From Chrysomallon squamiferum (taxonomy: Eukaryota > Animalia > Mollusca), in assembly GCA_012295275.1 (NCBI GenBank), contig CM022670.1, positions 1,798,001-1,862,000 of the forward strand: a stretch of 64,000 nucleotides of DNA. Reading direction: 5' to 3'. The position numbers and the translations under genes are program-made. This document shows, one piece after another, positions 44,769 to 57,421 of this stretch. Positions within the stretch are counted from its first letter, which is position 1; every line of letters begins with the position of its first letter. The notes under the pieces were generated by a model. It saw only the letters and a list, made by a program, of their open reading frames with translations. It was not told where the DNA came from and made no database searches.

Positions 44769-45404
44769 AACAACTCCCCGCCCAAGAACTCAGAAACAAA
44801 AATAAAGTGTTAAACGCTTTTTTTTTTATGTTTTCTTTTAAAAAGCGGGATATACGTGTTTAGCTATCGCACCAGATTTTAAACAGCGTCGTTTTTGTCT
44901 TGCTCCCAGTCTCTGGCTGTGTTCGGAACGTTTGACGATCCTGTTATAACAGCGGCGCGCCAGTGCAAATCGATCACGTGCGCTTTCAGTCACTGAATGT
45001 ATGAAGTCCGTGATTTTCAGGCCTAAGGCATCGAAACATGTGTTTCATATTCCGATATAAAAGCATGCCTTGTACACGGTTCAATAAAACACGACTGCAT
45101 ATACTACAACGGTACGATAGTCCCTTTAAGTTAAACGACATAATGTGTTATCTTCTGTCACAATTTATTTAGCACTAGACTATTCATTTGCTAACATATT
45201 AGTACTGTCTGGCTTTTTAAATGAAGCAAATACAGTTTAATTATGTGATGTACTGGCAGCAGTAACGGCAATATATATATATATACACACACACAGTTGT
45301 ATCATTAGTACTAGTTCTAATATTGTTGTTACTACTGCTTATGCTTATGCTGCTCCTGTTAAAAATACTGCTGCTACTGATTCTATTGCAGATACTGCTG
45401 ATTT

Positions 45405-45445
<41 letters not shown>

Positions 45446-47299
45446 GTGCTGCTGCTGCTGCTGCTGCTACTACTACTATTATTACTGCTAGTACAACTAC
45501 TACACGTTCAGTAAGATATCATAATCAATATAACATTTTAATATTCATCAACATATCACCGTCATCATCATCATTATTTAAAAAAAAATGCATTTCATTA
45601 AAAACAAACAGAAAGCATTAAATTTTATCGACAAGGAAACAAACAACAGCAAGAAAAAAAAATGTTACAAAAACATAATAATCATAAAATAAAATGAAAT
45701 AAAATAAAAAAATAAAATGAAAAAAAAACCCAACAACAAACAAATAAAACAATAATAAAATAGAATAGAATAGAATTAAACAAATTTACTTATTTTTCAA
45801 GATTAGACCTACTTATTCATGCTTTATTTTCTTAAATGTCAATAAATATCCAAACATTTACTTATTTATGCGATTATTTATTTCTTCACGTCGAAATAAA
45901 CACTAAACCTTGTTACTCCTTATGCGATATCTCTAACAGCTAAACAATGGAAGTGTCACTGTTAAATTCTGCGGAATATGTTTATCGATTGATTTTTCGG
46001 CAGGTTGACTTTTAAATACGCTTGACTGGCCTGCTAAATTAACTTGACAGTGTTACATCAAGTGCTACATTGATTTCGTCAACTGATTTCAATTGCTTTC
46101 ATAAACGGGCTTCACGGACTTCGCGAAAAAGCGTTGAATTAAAGTAATATTTATCGAGAGCTTTCGACGATTTAAAACTTAACAAAATAAATCTGACGCG
46201 TTGTGGGTTTCCGACACTCTCGGACATTTACCATATAAAATTAAACAATGAGTTGAAGATGTCTAGACATTGTATAAATACCAAACTTTAAGTGAGTCAA
46301 TTCATGACCAAGCAAAAATTACGAGGAATGGTAAGACTTGTTTTCGAATTCTTCATCTTAATAAGACTTAAATTAAATAAAGATGGTAAGCTGCTGGAAC
46401 GGGAAAAGAGAGTCATTGCTACTGCTACTACAACTGCCACGACTACTACTTCTGCTACTTTTACTGTTATTACTATCACTAATTACTATTACTGTTATTA
46501 CTATCACTAATATCACTTTTACTACAATTACTAATATTAATAGTACTACATTAAATAGAAACACCGTCACCAATATTACATCAAGGTGAAGAATAATTAA
46601 TAATATTTTTTGCTACAGTTGCTGCTGCTACTACCACTACAACCACCACTACCACTACTGCAGTTACTAATTTTAATAGTACTATGTCAAACACAAACAC
46701 CGTGACAACAGTTATTACGTAGACAAGAAGAATTACTAACATTTGTTCAACTGCTGTCTACTACTACTGTCACTAGACTACTACTTCTACTACTCCTCTA
46801 ACCACTACTACTACTATTACTACTATACTTACAACTACATGTCATTATTGCTTCTAATAGTGCTTCTGCTAAAATACTGTTATTGCTACAGTTACTATTA
46901 AGGCTACTTTAAACAAAACAACAACAACAACTATCACTACTACTACTGCTACTATTTTGCAATTATTTCTCTCATTTCAGTGATTACTTCTGCAGCAACT
47001 GCTATGCCTCTTCAGAAGCAATAAACACGACGACGATAACATCAGCAGCAACAACAACAACAATAATAATAATAAATAAAAATATAATAATAATTTTGAT
47101 TATGATGATCATAACGATATTGTCGAAGATGATAAATATAGAAACAATTCCTCTTTGATTTGTTGCTGGGTTTTTTTTTACGTATCTTCTGATCCAGACA
47201 ACAACAAAGTTCCGCTTTGATTTATATTCTACGTTTGTCTCTTAAATTATTATCAGCTTGACTGTTAAGGTTGCTTTTGAAGAAAGTAATTCAAACTCA

Positions 47300-47850
47300 C
47301 TCATATTGGTAATCATTTTTTACAATTCGTTCATCTTACTCAAACAGAACTTTCTGCTAGATTCGTGACAACAAAGGATTACATTTCTCAGATTCGTTAA
47401 ATAGCTAAAACCAAGTTCAATTCCATTTCTTAATTTATTTCCATTCGGCGACATCGAACGCTGAGTAAATATTTTCACCGAGCGATATTGGCGTCTGGCA
47501 AAAATAGGGTAGATTGGAGCGGTACAAAAGGGCCGTTTGATGCCTGGGTAAATAGTACATCGAAAACCAATATCAAGATAGCAGCACAGATCGTTTCCTC
47601 AAGCATGTTTGCAACCACCTCAGATAAAATGTTGGAAAGAACGGGCGATAAATTGTATCTGGTTTCTCGAGAAGTAGAAATGTTCTTTTCTTCCGCTTCT
47701 CGCAATTTCTGTAGCCAAGAGCCAAATATTCTCGATGAGGATCGCTTTAAAGTATTTTGAAAAGATTGGAGAAAATAAACTCGATGTAAATGTATAACTC
47801 GTTTAACCTGTATTTTTTTCGATGAGATCTCTGCTTGTATAATGAGATGG
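47300..47850 (-). mobile_element. Decayed non-LTR retrotransposon (RTE-like) reverse transcriptase fragment
   Basis: 'TSRETRYNLSPVLSNILSEVV' resembles RT 'RGVRQGCILSPTLFNIYSE'; downstream 'NGIELGFSYLTNLRNV...NEL*KMI' resembles 'GIKIGGRNINNLRYADD...EL'; YADD is lost and stops are present. Alignment by eye. Confidence 0.5.
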
Positions 47851-48779
47851 CTTTTAAATTTCAGCGTGGTGTTTACACGTTACTTCAGTGTTAGAATGGT
47901 TTCAGTGTAAAATTAAATAACCAGGGACTCTAAAATTTTAATTTAGATGGTTAAATAATGCACTCTGATAAAAACAACGATACTCTGTCTATTCTAGCTT
48001 TGAAAGCTTAATAGTTTTTCTGGGTTAGAATAAGGAATAATTTCAGTTTATTACAGAATATTTGTGTCCATTTATTCATTTGTCTCCATTACTGTCAGTC
48101 TAACTGTATTTGTGTCAGTCGGAATGAATATTATAAATAATTAAATGGCGTATTTCTCCAAATTCTGAATGTATTCACACAGGAACTGTGTGCACATACA
48201 CGTAATTATTTTATGTAACAAAACACAAACATAAAAGCACGGAGTCGGATGACTACGTAGCTTAATGGCAGAATTATTTAATTATTTCAGTTCCCCTATT
48301 AACAAAATCTAACTCCTGTTTCATTTCATTAAAAAAGAACGAATTTATGAAAATTCTATCCTGCCTTTGGATTATTCCCAACTCAAGTATCACTCTGTAA
48401 TGATTCATTAATATGTAAAACTGATGTTTCTGAAACTCAATATCATATCAGTATGTAAACTTAGATGAATGGTTTTGTGTTCGTCACGGTTTGTTGAAGA
48501 ATAAGCATTAAAAAAAAATCCATGTTATTCAATTATTCATTCTTTAATAATGTAAGTACGCCGGATATTTGTGAAATTAAATACCACAACACAGCATGTG
48601 GATTATTTCCTGTATGTTTGAATGAATGTGTTAAATGCATACCATGATTAGTTTACACGTGGAAGTACCGATTCAATTTAAAACCCGCAGATGGAGAACA
48701 TATATTTTTCAGTTACGACTGAAATGAAGTAATCGTATTGGAATACAACTCAATCGAACACAGATATCACGAGACAATA

Positions 48780-49130
48780 CCAACCAGAAGATCCGAACAG
48801 AACAGAAGATATTAGCAGAACAGAACCGAACAGACTAAGCAGCACATGACACACCAGTTTATACTAAACAACACAATAGTTTACCATACCAAACCAAAAC
48901 ATACCAGAATACTTCACCACATTAGACTACACCATACTAAAACACGCCATACCACATCACACTATACCACACAACACCATACCATGAAATACCATACCAT
49001 ACAATATCATACAATACCATACAATACCATACTTTACCATACAGTACCATATCTCCCCACATCAGATTAGAGAAGAACATACAAAATCAGACCAGAAGAG
49101 AATAATATAGACGAGAAAAGACTAAACATA
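48780..49130. repeat. Degenerate pentanucleotide repeat (ACCAT/CAGAA)
   Basis: 5-bp periodicity. Confidence 0.8.
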
Positions 49131-49439
49131 AGAAAATAGAAATCATCAGGACAGTCCGCTGCGAAAATAACGTAGACATGAAACTAAACTGTAACTAATT
49201 AACAATCGAATGGAACAGTTTACGTGACAGAAAGCTAAACGATGAATTATTAACTACGTTCATTGTTTTATCGATAAACTTCAAACCCTGAGTAGTCGTT
49301 TTTAAGTACAGACTATTGTCTGACTGACTAATTAAGATAAATCAGAATGGAAAGGTTAACTCGAAGAAGCCTCTAAGTTAATCACGTTGTTTGTTATCAC
49401 GCAGTGAATTACGGACGCGGGAATGGTAGATCACACTCA

Positions 49440-49620
49440 GCGCTGTAGCGAAAGCCTGGTCCAGCCATTCCTAGTCAGGCGGTTCAATCTTCTTGTCAAA
49501 TATCGCGAAGACGCTGATCTTATTGGAAAACGCATTCACGGGCACGGACAGAGAAAGAGACTGCGGAAACGAGACGGCTAACACCATCACGTAGACTGGA
49601 CCACTGAAACAAAAGCTGTC
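49440..49620 (+). mobile_element. Decayed RTE-like LINE ORF 3' end
   Basis: KAWSSHS*SG...IAKTLILL..G/GQRKRLRKR..NTIT*TG resembles the RTE C-terminal 'KWYGHVSRSSGLAKTILQG..EGKRRRGRQRKRW.DNI.EWTG'; contains stops and a frameshift. Alignment by eye. Confidence 0.45.
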
Positions 49621-50228
49621 TGCTTGTGATGGCAAAGTGTCAACGGTGTAACTATCCAGCTCATCATGCTGGCTTCTAAGACTACAGAGGTCTTCAAGGT
49701 GTAAGTTGAATGCATCTGGACAATCGTATTTTGATGATATTCCTGAACACAGAGATAGGGAAGATTACATTATAATGAAATTACGGACGACCCTGTGTGA
49801 TAATTAATTTTGTTCTCCCAGGAAACTGTTCCCTGCTAAGCTTATATTCCCGTCTTACAGCTTAATTTTGTTCCGAAATCATTTTAAAGTACTGATGAGT
49901 CATAAAATTGTCAATACAGAAATACTAGGTCATTAATCAAGCAAGGCGGGTTTAAATCGTGGATCAGCGAAATGTCTGCTCCGTACCAGTGAATTAATTT
50001 TATTTACATAGTCTGATTTATAAGTACGTTTAAGAAAAATTATTATTTGCTGAAAATAAAATATAAAAAAAAAGTTGATCTTTATATTTAAAAAATATTT
50101 TATTAAGATACTGAAAATGTTAAAAATGGATATTGACGATGAAATATCTCTTGCACTGAAATGTGTTAAAGAATTTTTAGAATATTTATAAGACATAGTC
50201 CGAGGAGGTCTTATATATCATACAAAGC

Positions 50229-50374
<146 letters not shown>

Positions 50375-53300
50375 CTTACATACATAGTTACAAATATCTT
50401 GCAAATATCTTATGAATTTAATATAAACATTTAGTAAGACAAATAACGTTTAGAAAACTCATTAAATAAATACCAGCATGTACTTCATCATTTTAAAATT
50501 TTCTGTATTACCGAATATTATCGTGGAAAATGGTTTTTGCTCAGTGATCAAACAGAACCGAGGCGAAAGAATCTTTCACATTTAGTAAGCCATCAAAGAA
50601 CGAAGATGATTAAACCTTGGTGAATTGTCATAAAATGTGCAATATGTATTTTTATTTTCCAATATCATTTGTTCCAATACGTCAAGAGTTCCTGCAGCAA
50701 GATGTAGATTTTATTCCGGTAATTACAATAAACAACATTTTATTTCTGTGGCCTAATAACATTAGAAGTATTGGTGAAGCGATGTGGAAAATTTTCATCT
50801 CACATAGATAGAATTGCGGGGTTTTTTCGCTGTATTCTTCAGCGATTTGCGTCAAATATGGTAAACACTATTTTCGGAAATATTTGACTCAGCCCATATT
50901 TTCAGTATCTCATACCAGTGACCTTCCGTTTTTTTTATACAGGATAAGGAATAAACACTGACCAGTGTCCAGGGCTGACATAAATGTTATCAGTGGTTAA
51001 TAGGTTCAAGGTTGTAGCTACCACACTCTGTGCAGATGTTTTTTGGTATACAGAAATACAAAATTTATTGCTGCGAATTTCTGCGAGGTGCTGTCTTTGT
51101 CTTTTTGTACCACAAGACGTTTTCATTTTAGAAAAAAAAATCATCAATATTAATGTTATTTAATACTATTTTTGATGACGTATCATCGGAATATTATAAT
51201 GATTAACAATTTGGTAAAAAGAAAATAATGACCAAGAACGACGGCAAGATTCTGGACAACTGCAAAGTAGTCATCATCAGTTATACGATGTTAATCGTTT
51301 CAGGATTCACATAACAAGTTCACGCTTTATCAATGTCCCCGAAGACTTAATCTCCCTAAGCTCTTTGTGATACGACTCTTGATTGTAAAGGAATCTACTG
51401 GGACAAACTTTCGCATTTTCTGATTTGGTCAGGCGAGTCGGTATCTTAACATAATATGACATAAATCGTCTTAAATTCAGTTCATATTCCGAAAGTATGA
51501 TCAGTTTCATAAAGCCCACCTTCGTAGTCTCAAGAGGTGCAGACTTAGTGATCAGTCACTGAGATATCTTCCACCACTGTCAACATGAATATCGGATATC
51601 GACGTAGAGGTCCTCGTCCAGACTTTAGGAGGCGAGAAAACAACAATCTTTAGTCAGTGTCACATATTAATGAAAATTAGTTAGACCGGTGGATAATGCA
51701 GTTGGAGATGACATTTATGTATCTGTAAGTTCTACATGATTGAAGCATGATAGGAATTTGTGATTTGCTTCAGTTTGTTTCAGTCTTAATATGCATCTTT
51801 CATTAGAGGTTTAGAAATTATAAAAACACATTCGTAACGTTACAAGGAATCTCTGTCTTTTTGTCTCTTTCTCTGTCTCTCAACTTTAACATAGATATAT
51901 TGCTGTCAGAATATTTATAATAATTATAATTATTATCCCAAACTACGAAAATAACTGAAATAAACAACAACAAAACAACAAGTTTTAAAAAATAAAATTA
52001 AAAAATAAAATAAAATTAATGAAAAAGAGACAATGTAGATATTTAATTTCTTGATTAGATTAGTTTTCTAACAATGGCAATAAGTAAAATGTACACTGCA
52101 GGGTTCTGTTATTTGCTGTTATTTTCCTGATTAAATAGACTTTTCATTATTAAGGTTATTAAGAAGCATTAATGTAATGGCTTTTACTCTTTTTTATTTT
52201 TCGTTTCAATACAACTGTTGTTATTAGAAATCAATAATTAATGCTAGCATAATAATAATTAAATTGGATAATCATGTTGCTAATAATAATAAAAGAAATA
52301 CGATGTCAAAAATGAAGCAGAACATTTTCTCTTCAAAAACATTAAAAAAAAAAAAAAAAAAACCGTCAAAGAGTTAAAACATAACAGTAGATTACGTTTA
52401 TAAATAGTTACTTTTTCTTCTAAAACATTACATAAATCTGTGACTTTGTAGATTCTATAGCTTACGTTAACTTTCTTGTTAACCATTAGTCAATAACTAA
52501 TTTGAAAAAGACTTTGTCTATAAATACTACGATGATTAAGTTGTGTTTTTAGCTTACATTAACTTCTTTGTTTGTTTTTAAGTCAGTAACTAATTTGTAC
52601 AAACTGTATATAAACAAAACCGTCAGTTGGTTCTGGCTGAAAATTAAAGCACAAATGAATTCCAGTATGTAACGAAGATATTGTACGATTAATATATAAT
52701 GTCAGTGTCCAAGTAGTTGTTTGACTTTGCCATTTAGTCATGCACACGCACACACATACATACATACATACATACATACATACATACATACATACATACA
52801 TCAATACATATACACATACACAAACATGCATACTTACATACACATACATACATACGTAGCTTCGTACATACATACGTAGCTTCGTACATACTTACGTAGG
52901 ATATTCTTACGCACATACATATACAGTGTTATATTTTATCAAATACCCCAATACTAAATTACATTCTTGAAAGGTGTGGTAAAATACATCTTCTTGCTAA
53001 TAAAATTAATAGTGTAGACTAAATGATCTTCTTTATGCTGATTAAATAATGATGTTAACTTTACTATCGAATGACAAGATTTGTTATAATTTTTTTTTTT
53101 TGGTTTATGATGTTCATGTTGTTCTTGCTCATGATCAGTTTGTTTCTCCTCTTCCCCTCCTCTCCCTCCTCCATCTTCTTCTTCTTCTTCTTCTTCTTCT
53201 TCTTCTTCTTCTTCACGATCTAATGCTCTTCTACCTTCAGATTCGTTTTCCTTTCAAATTAGATGATGTTTAATAATCAAATCATTTCAGATGAATTATT

Positions 53301-53464
53301 TTCTAACTTATCGGTTAGTCATAGGTTTTTGTCTCAGTAATATTTGTTGTCTTTCAGTCTGTCTCTTCTACTACCAGAACTGACTCTGTCTGAAACAACA
53401 GACAGAAAGAAAGACAAAGTGGACGAATTTTAGAAATAATATTACAGAGGAATGTATCTTCATT

Positions 53465-55010
53465 AAATAGATCGATGACTTTCCGATTTGCCCAAGCCAA
53501 TCATTCTGTAACAGTAAATTAAGCCAATAATACTAAGTTTAAGAAAATAAACAAACGATCCATACACGATGAATTTAATCTTTCATAACTCGATGTTTTT
53601 TAACTGTTTTCACATCAACCACAAAACCAATGTCTTTCCTTTTTATAACCGGATGGTTTGTGGCGTTCACAAAAAGCTCATCATCAAAACAAGCAATTAC
53701 TGACTCCATCTTATAAACTCAGCAGACAGAAAATCACGAAGTGAATCTTCCACTGTAAACGTTTATACAGAGTTTTCTGTTTTCCTATGTCTCTTTATTC
53801 TATTCACAGAACGTCAACTCAAAGATCTGATTTACTGAAGAACGCGGAATGTTTGGCTTCTCGTGGGACAAAGCATTTCCAATCATTCCGTGTCTTACCC
53901 AGTCAGATGTAATGATTCAGTAATTTGACGATTTTTCCTACAGAGTTTTTGAAAACTATTTGCGTTATCTTCCAGTTCTGAATCTCCCTAGCGATTTGTG
54001 TACATTCGTTTACGTCAAATTTATGCTTATCATCTTATCAGTAAGTGACAAAATGGATGATGGTTACTGATAAATGATTTTTTATTGACTTTTACATAGA
54101 ATATAAATAAATAATGTATATGATGAATAATCAGTTGCTATATTAATATGTAAGCTCGTGGCAGATATATATATATATATACACGCGCACACATACACAC
54201 ATACACACACATACTGGTACAAAACAGAACAAATAAAAATGTATTTTAAGGCACGAAATGACAGTGTAAAAGTAAAACAGAAAACAACATTCGTAAGAAA
54301 TGCTGAGAGAGACGAAGTGAAGCGAATAAATACACGTAAATGTTTGAGAACAGAGAACAAAAGATATTGTGTAGTTTATTTATAAACCACTGTGTCATTA
54401 ACAAAAAGAATCAATGACTTTCCGATTTTTCGAGAACAGTAACTTTTTATAACACACTACAAAATACGAATAAGGTTAATAATCTAATATAAATGAGACG
54501 TAAAAGACGGACAGTTTTATCGGTAACTGATTCGTCTTATCATTTTTCCTAACACCAATAAATCAACGTCATTCATTTTATGAAGAAAAAACGGATGTTT
54601 TGTCGCGTTTACAAAAAAAAAAAAAAGAACTCATCGTCAAAACAAGTAATTACAGCCTCCGTGTTTTAGCTAAGAGAACAGAAAATCTTCCGCTGTAAAC
54701 GTTACGCTTTTCTCTCTTCCATGTCTCTTTGATCCACAATCAACACTCAACCCAAAGATCTGATTTGCTGAGCAGCACAGAATGTTTGGGTTCTCGTGGG
54801 ATAAAATTTGTTTTGCAATCGTTGTGTGTCTTATTCAGTCAGATCTAATGATTCAGTAATTTGATGATTTTTCCTACAGAGCTTTTGAAAACTGTTTGAG
54901 TTATATTCAAGTTCTGAATCTCCCTAGAGATCTGGGTATGTTTGTTAGCGTCCAGTTTACATTTATCATCTTATGAGTATCTGGTTCACTGGATGCTATT
55001 GACTGAGGTA
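53465..55010 (+). repeat. Diverged local duplication: two ~600-bp copies about 940 bp apart
   Basis: ATGACTTTCCGATTT at ~53475 and ~54414; AAAGATCTGATTT, TCTCGTGGGA, AATGATTCAGTAATTTGA.GATTTTTCCTACAGAG and AGTTCTGAATCTCCCTAG recur colinearly (53465-54075 vs 54405-55010). Confidence 0.9.
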
Positions 55011-56189
55011 TCATATTTTATACAGAATAGTGTAAAAGATACAGTAAGGTTGTTTATATGGCATTAACGTCTAAATGATTATATAATATAATTTAAAATT
55101 AATAAAAAAAAAACATTGAAGGAAACAGAAATTAAAGTAATATTATAGAAATAAAAGGAGAGAGAGAAAGAAATCGAAATAGAAAGAATCGATGTGAAAA
55201 AGAAATGATGTTTTCCAGTTCAGTATTCTTATTGATTTTTTATTAAAAAGAATATCAATAATTTTACTTTGATAGAATAGTTTGAAGTTTGAATAGAAGT
55301 GGAATTAAAAATGTACTTGTGAGATAACACTGACAGTTTGAAATAGATCGTCACTTATACGAACACTTGTAAAAAAAACCTCTTATATAATTCATGAAAC
55401 AATTATCAATAACTGGTTTTCTTGTTATTGTTATTTTTTTTTTTTTTTTTTTTCTTTCTTTTTGGTTTGTTTTTCAGTCTTTGTCCACGTATATCTTCTT
55501 CTGTCATTTGTTTTCGTTTAACATCCGATCTAATCTATGTGTCTGTCTCTGTCTGTGCATCTGTCTGTGCAAAACATTTCAACCATCCATCAACCCATGT
55601 ATGCCTGTCTGTTTCTCTACAGATTGGTAGAATTCGTGTTTGTGTTAAGGAATTCTTGGAGCCTTTTAAGTCGTCTTTAATGCAGACAAAAGGTTAGTGG
55701 GCAGGCTAACGAGTTTCCAGCCATATCCTGTAACCAGCAAAATGCATGTAGACGATCCACAGATTATTGTAATTATCGAAAATTCCCACACGGGTCAGTA
55801 TCCTCCTGACTATCTGTAGTAAGATTCAAGACACCACAAAACATCGTCTGACTTGGCATCTCTTTTATTCGATGTTTCGTTACAGTCACAAACACTACAC
55901 GCTTCATGATTTTGATTTTCAAGTAAAATTTCGTATTAATGAAATTATGTACAGTTCGGATTAAGCTGTATTTCGAAACATGTGTTTTGATTTATGTCTA
56001 AAACCATGGCAACAAACTTCTGTTCCATGTCTCATAATGATTTTGAATAAATTTTCCCGTTTTCTTCAAATAGCGATATTAAATCTATGAATATATTCCA
56101 TAGTCAGTGAAAATCTTAATCGTTAAATTATTCCAAAAGTGGTCTATTATTGACTGATCTGTAAAAAATATTTATATCTCTATGAACCG

Positions 56190-56420
56190 GTACTGGTCAG
56201 AAGCAAAGAAAGTGGAGTTCCTCAGCGGGGTATTTGTTTTAACGTTGAAGAATTCAAACATTTGTCAGATGCATTTGAGGCCTCTCAAGTTTTTCTTTAT
56301 AAATTCGTTCATTTACAAAATAGGAAATTAAGGAAAGTTCAGAATTCTTGGAACTCACTCACGTTCGGTCTTATGGACGATGTGCCCAAAGATACTCCAT
56401 GCGATCGTTAATTGTCTGTT
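56190..56420 (+). mobile_element. Possible highly decayed LINE RT fragment
   Basis: 'KESGVPQRGI' resembles the RT motif SGVPQGS; about 160 nt later TCTTATGGACGAT resembles a frameshifted YxDD. Confidence 0.25.
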
Positions 56421-56722
56421 AAAACTTGGTAATGGTCGATATACGCCGTGTATTACTGACATAGCCGATATTTTCCTGGCTAATTATCAACTCGTACTTC
56501 GCCATTGTTAGAGCCTAAGTGCCTTTACACTGTCCAATAACAGACCAACAATACCAGTGCCAGTTTGAGATCAGCAGTGTTCCTGCAGCGGTTTCGTTCA
56601 ATCGATAGACTTGAAGATTATAAGGCGATGAGGAAATCTGATTTTACAGACATCATTCTTCTTTATTTCCGTGTGTATTTAGTAGATTCAAAAACGTAAA
56701 CATGTTATTATACTTTGTTTCG

Positions 56723-56800
<78 letters not shown>

Positions 56801-57121
56801 AACAAAATAATTGTTCTTCTATGTTTAAATAAAACACATAATTATCAATACCGTTCATTCTATTTATTGCGACTGGTTTCAGTAACAGTAATCTATAGTT
56901 TTGTACTAACTATAATGACAGTCTTTGAGCGGTATTAGTAATTGCAGTAGATATAACAGGAACAACAGCTTAAACAACTATAACAGTTGTTATAATAGCT
57001 GATAGTTAGTTTGTGTCTAACTGACTAATTGACACTTTGTTGTAGGAAAAATATCACACAGAAAACAAAACTTAAAACTTGCTTGTACACATAAATATCC
57101 AAACATAAAAACTCTCACACG

Positions 57122-57240
57122 TACATACATACATACATACATACATACATACATACATACATACATACATACATACATACATACATACATACATACATAC
57201 AAACATACATACATACATACATACATACATACATACATAC
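57122..57240. repeat. (TACA)n microsatellite
   Basis: Direct reading. Confidence 0.97.
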
Positions 57241-57372
57241 CAGCAAACACTTTAAATATAAAAGAAAAATGCAATAAAATATTAATACTTTAAAAGTGAC
57301 CAAACTATTTTATTTCTGTGGGAAATAAAAAACAAAAGATTATTAAATAAAAAATAAATAAAAAATAAATAA

Positions 57373-57421
<49 letters not shown>

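Noticed and set aside
51307-51519. 70-aa minus ORF as a gene or TE fragment
   Set aside because: No motif I can match with confidence.
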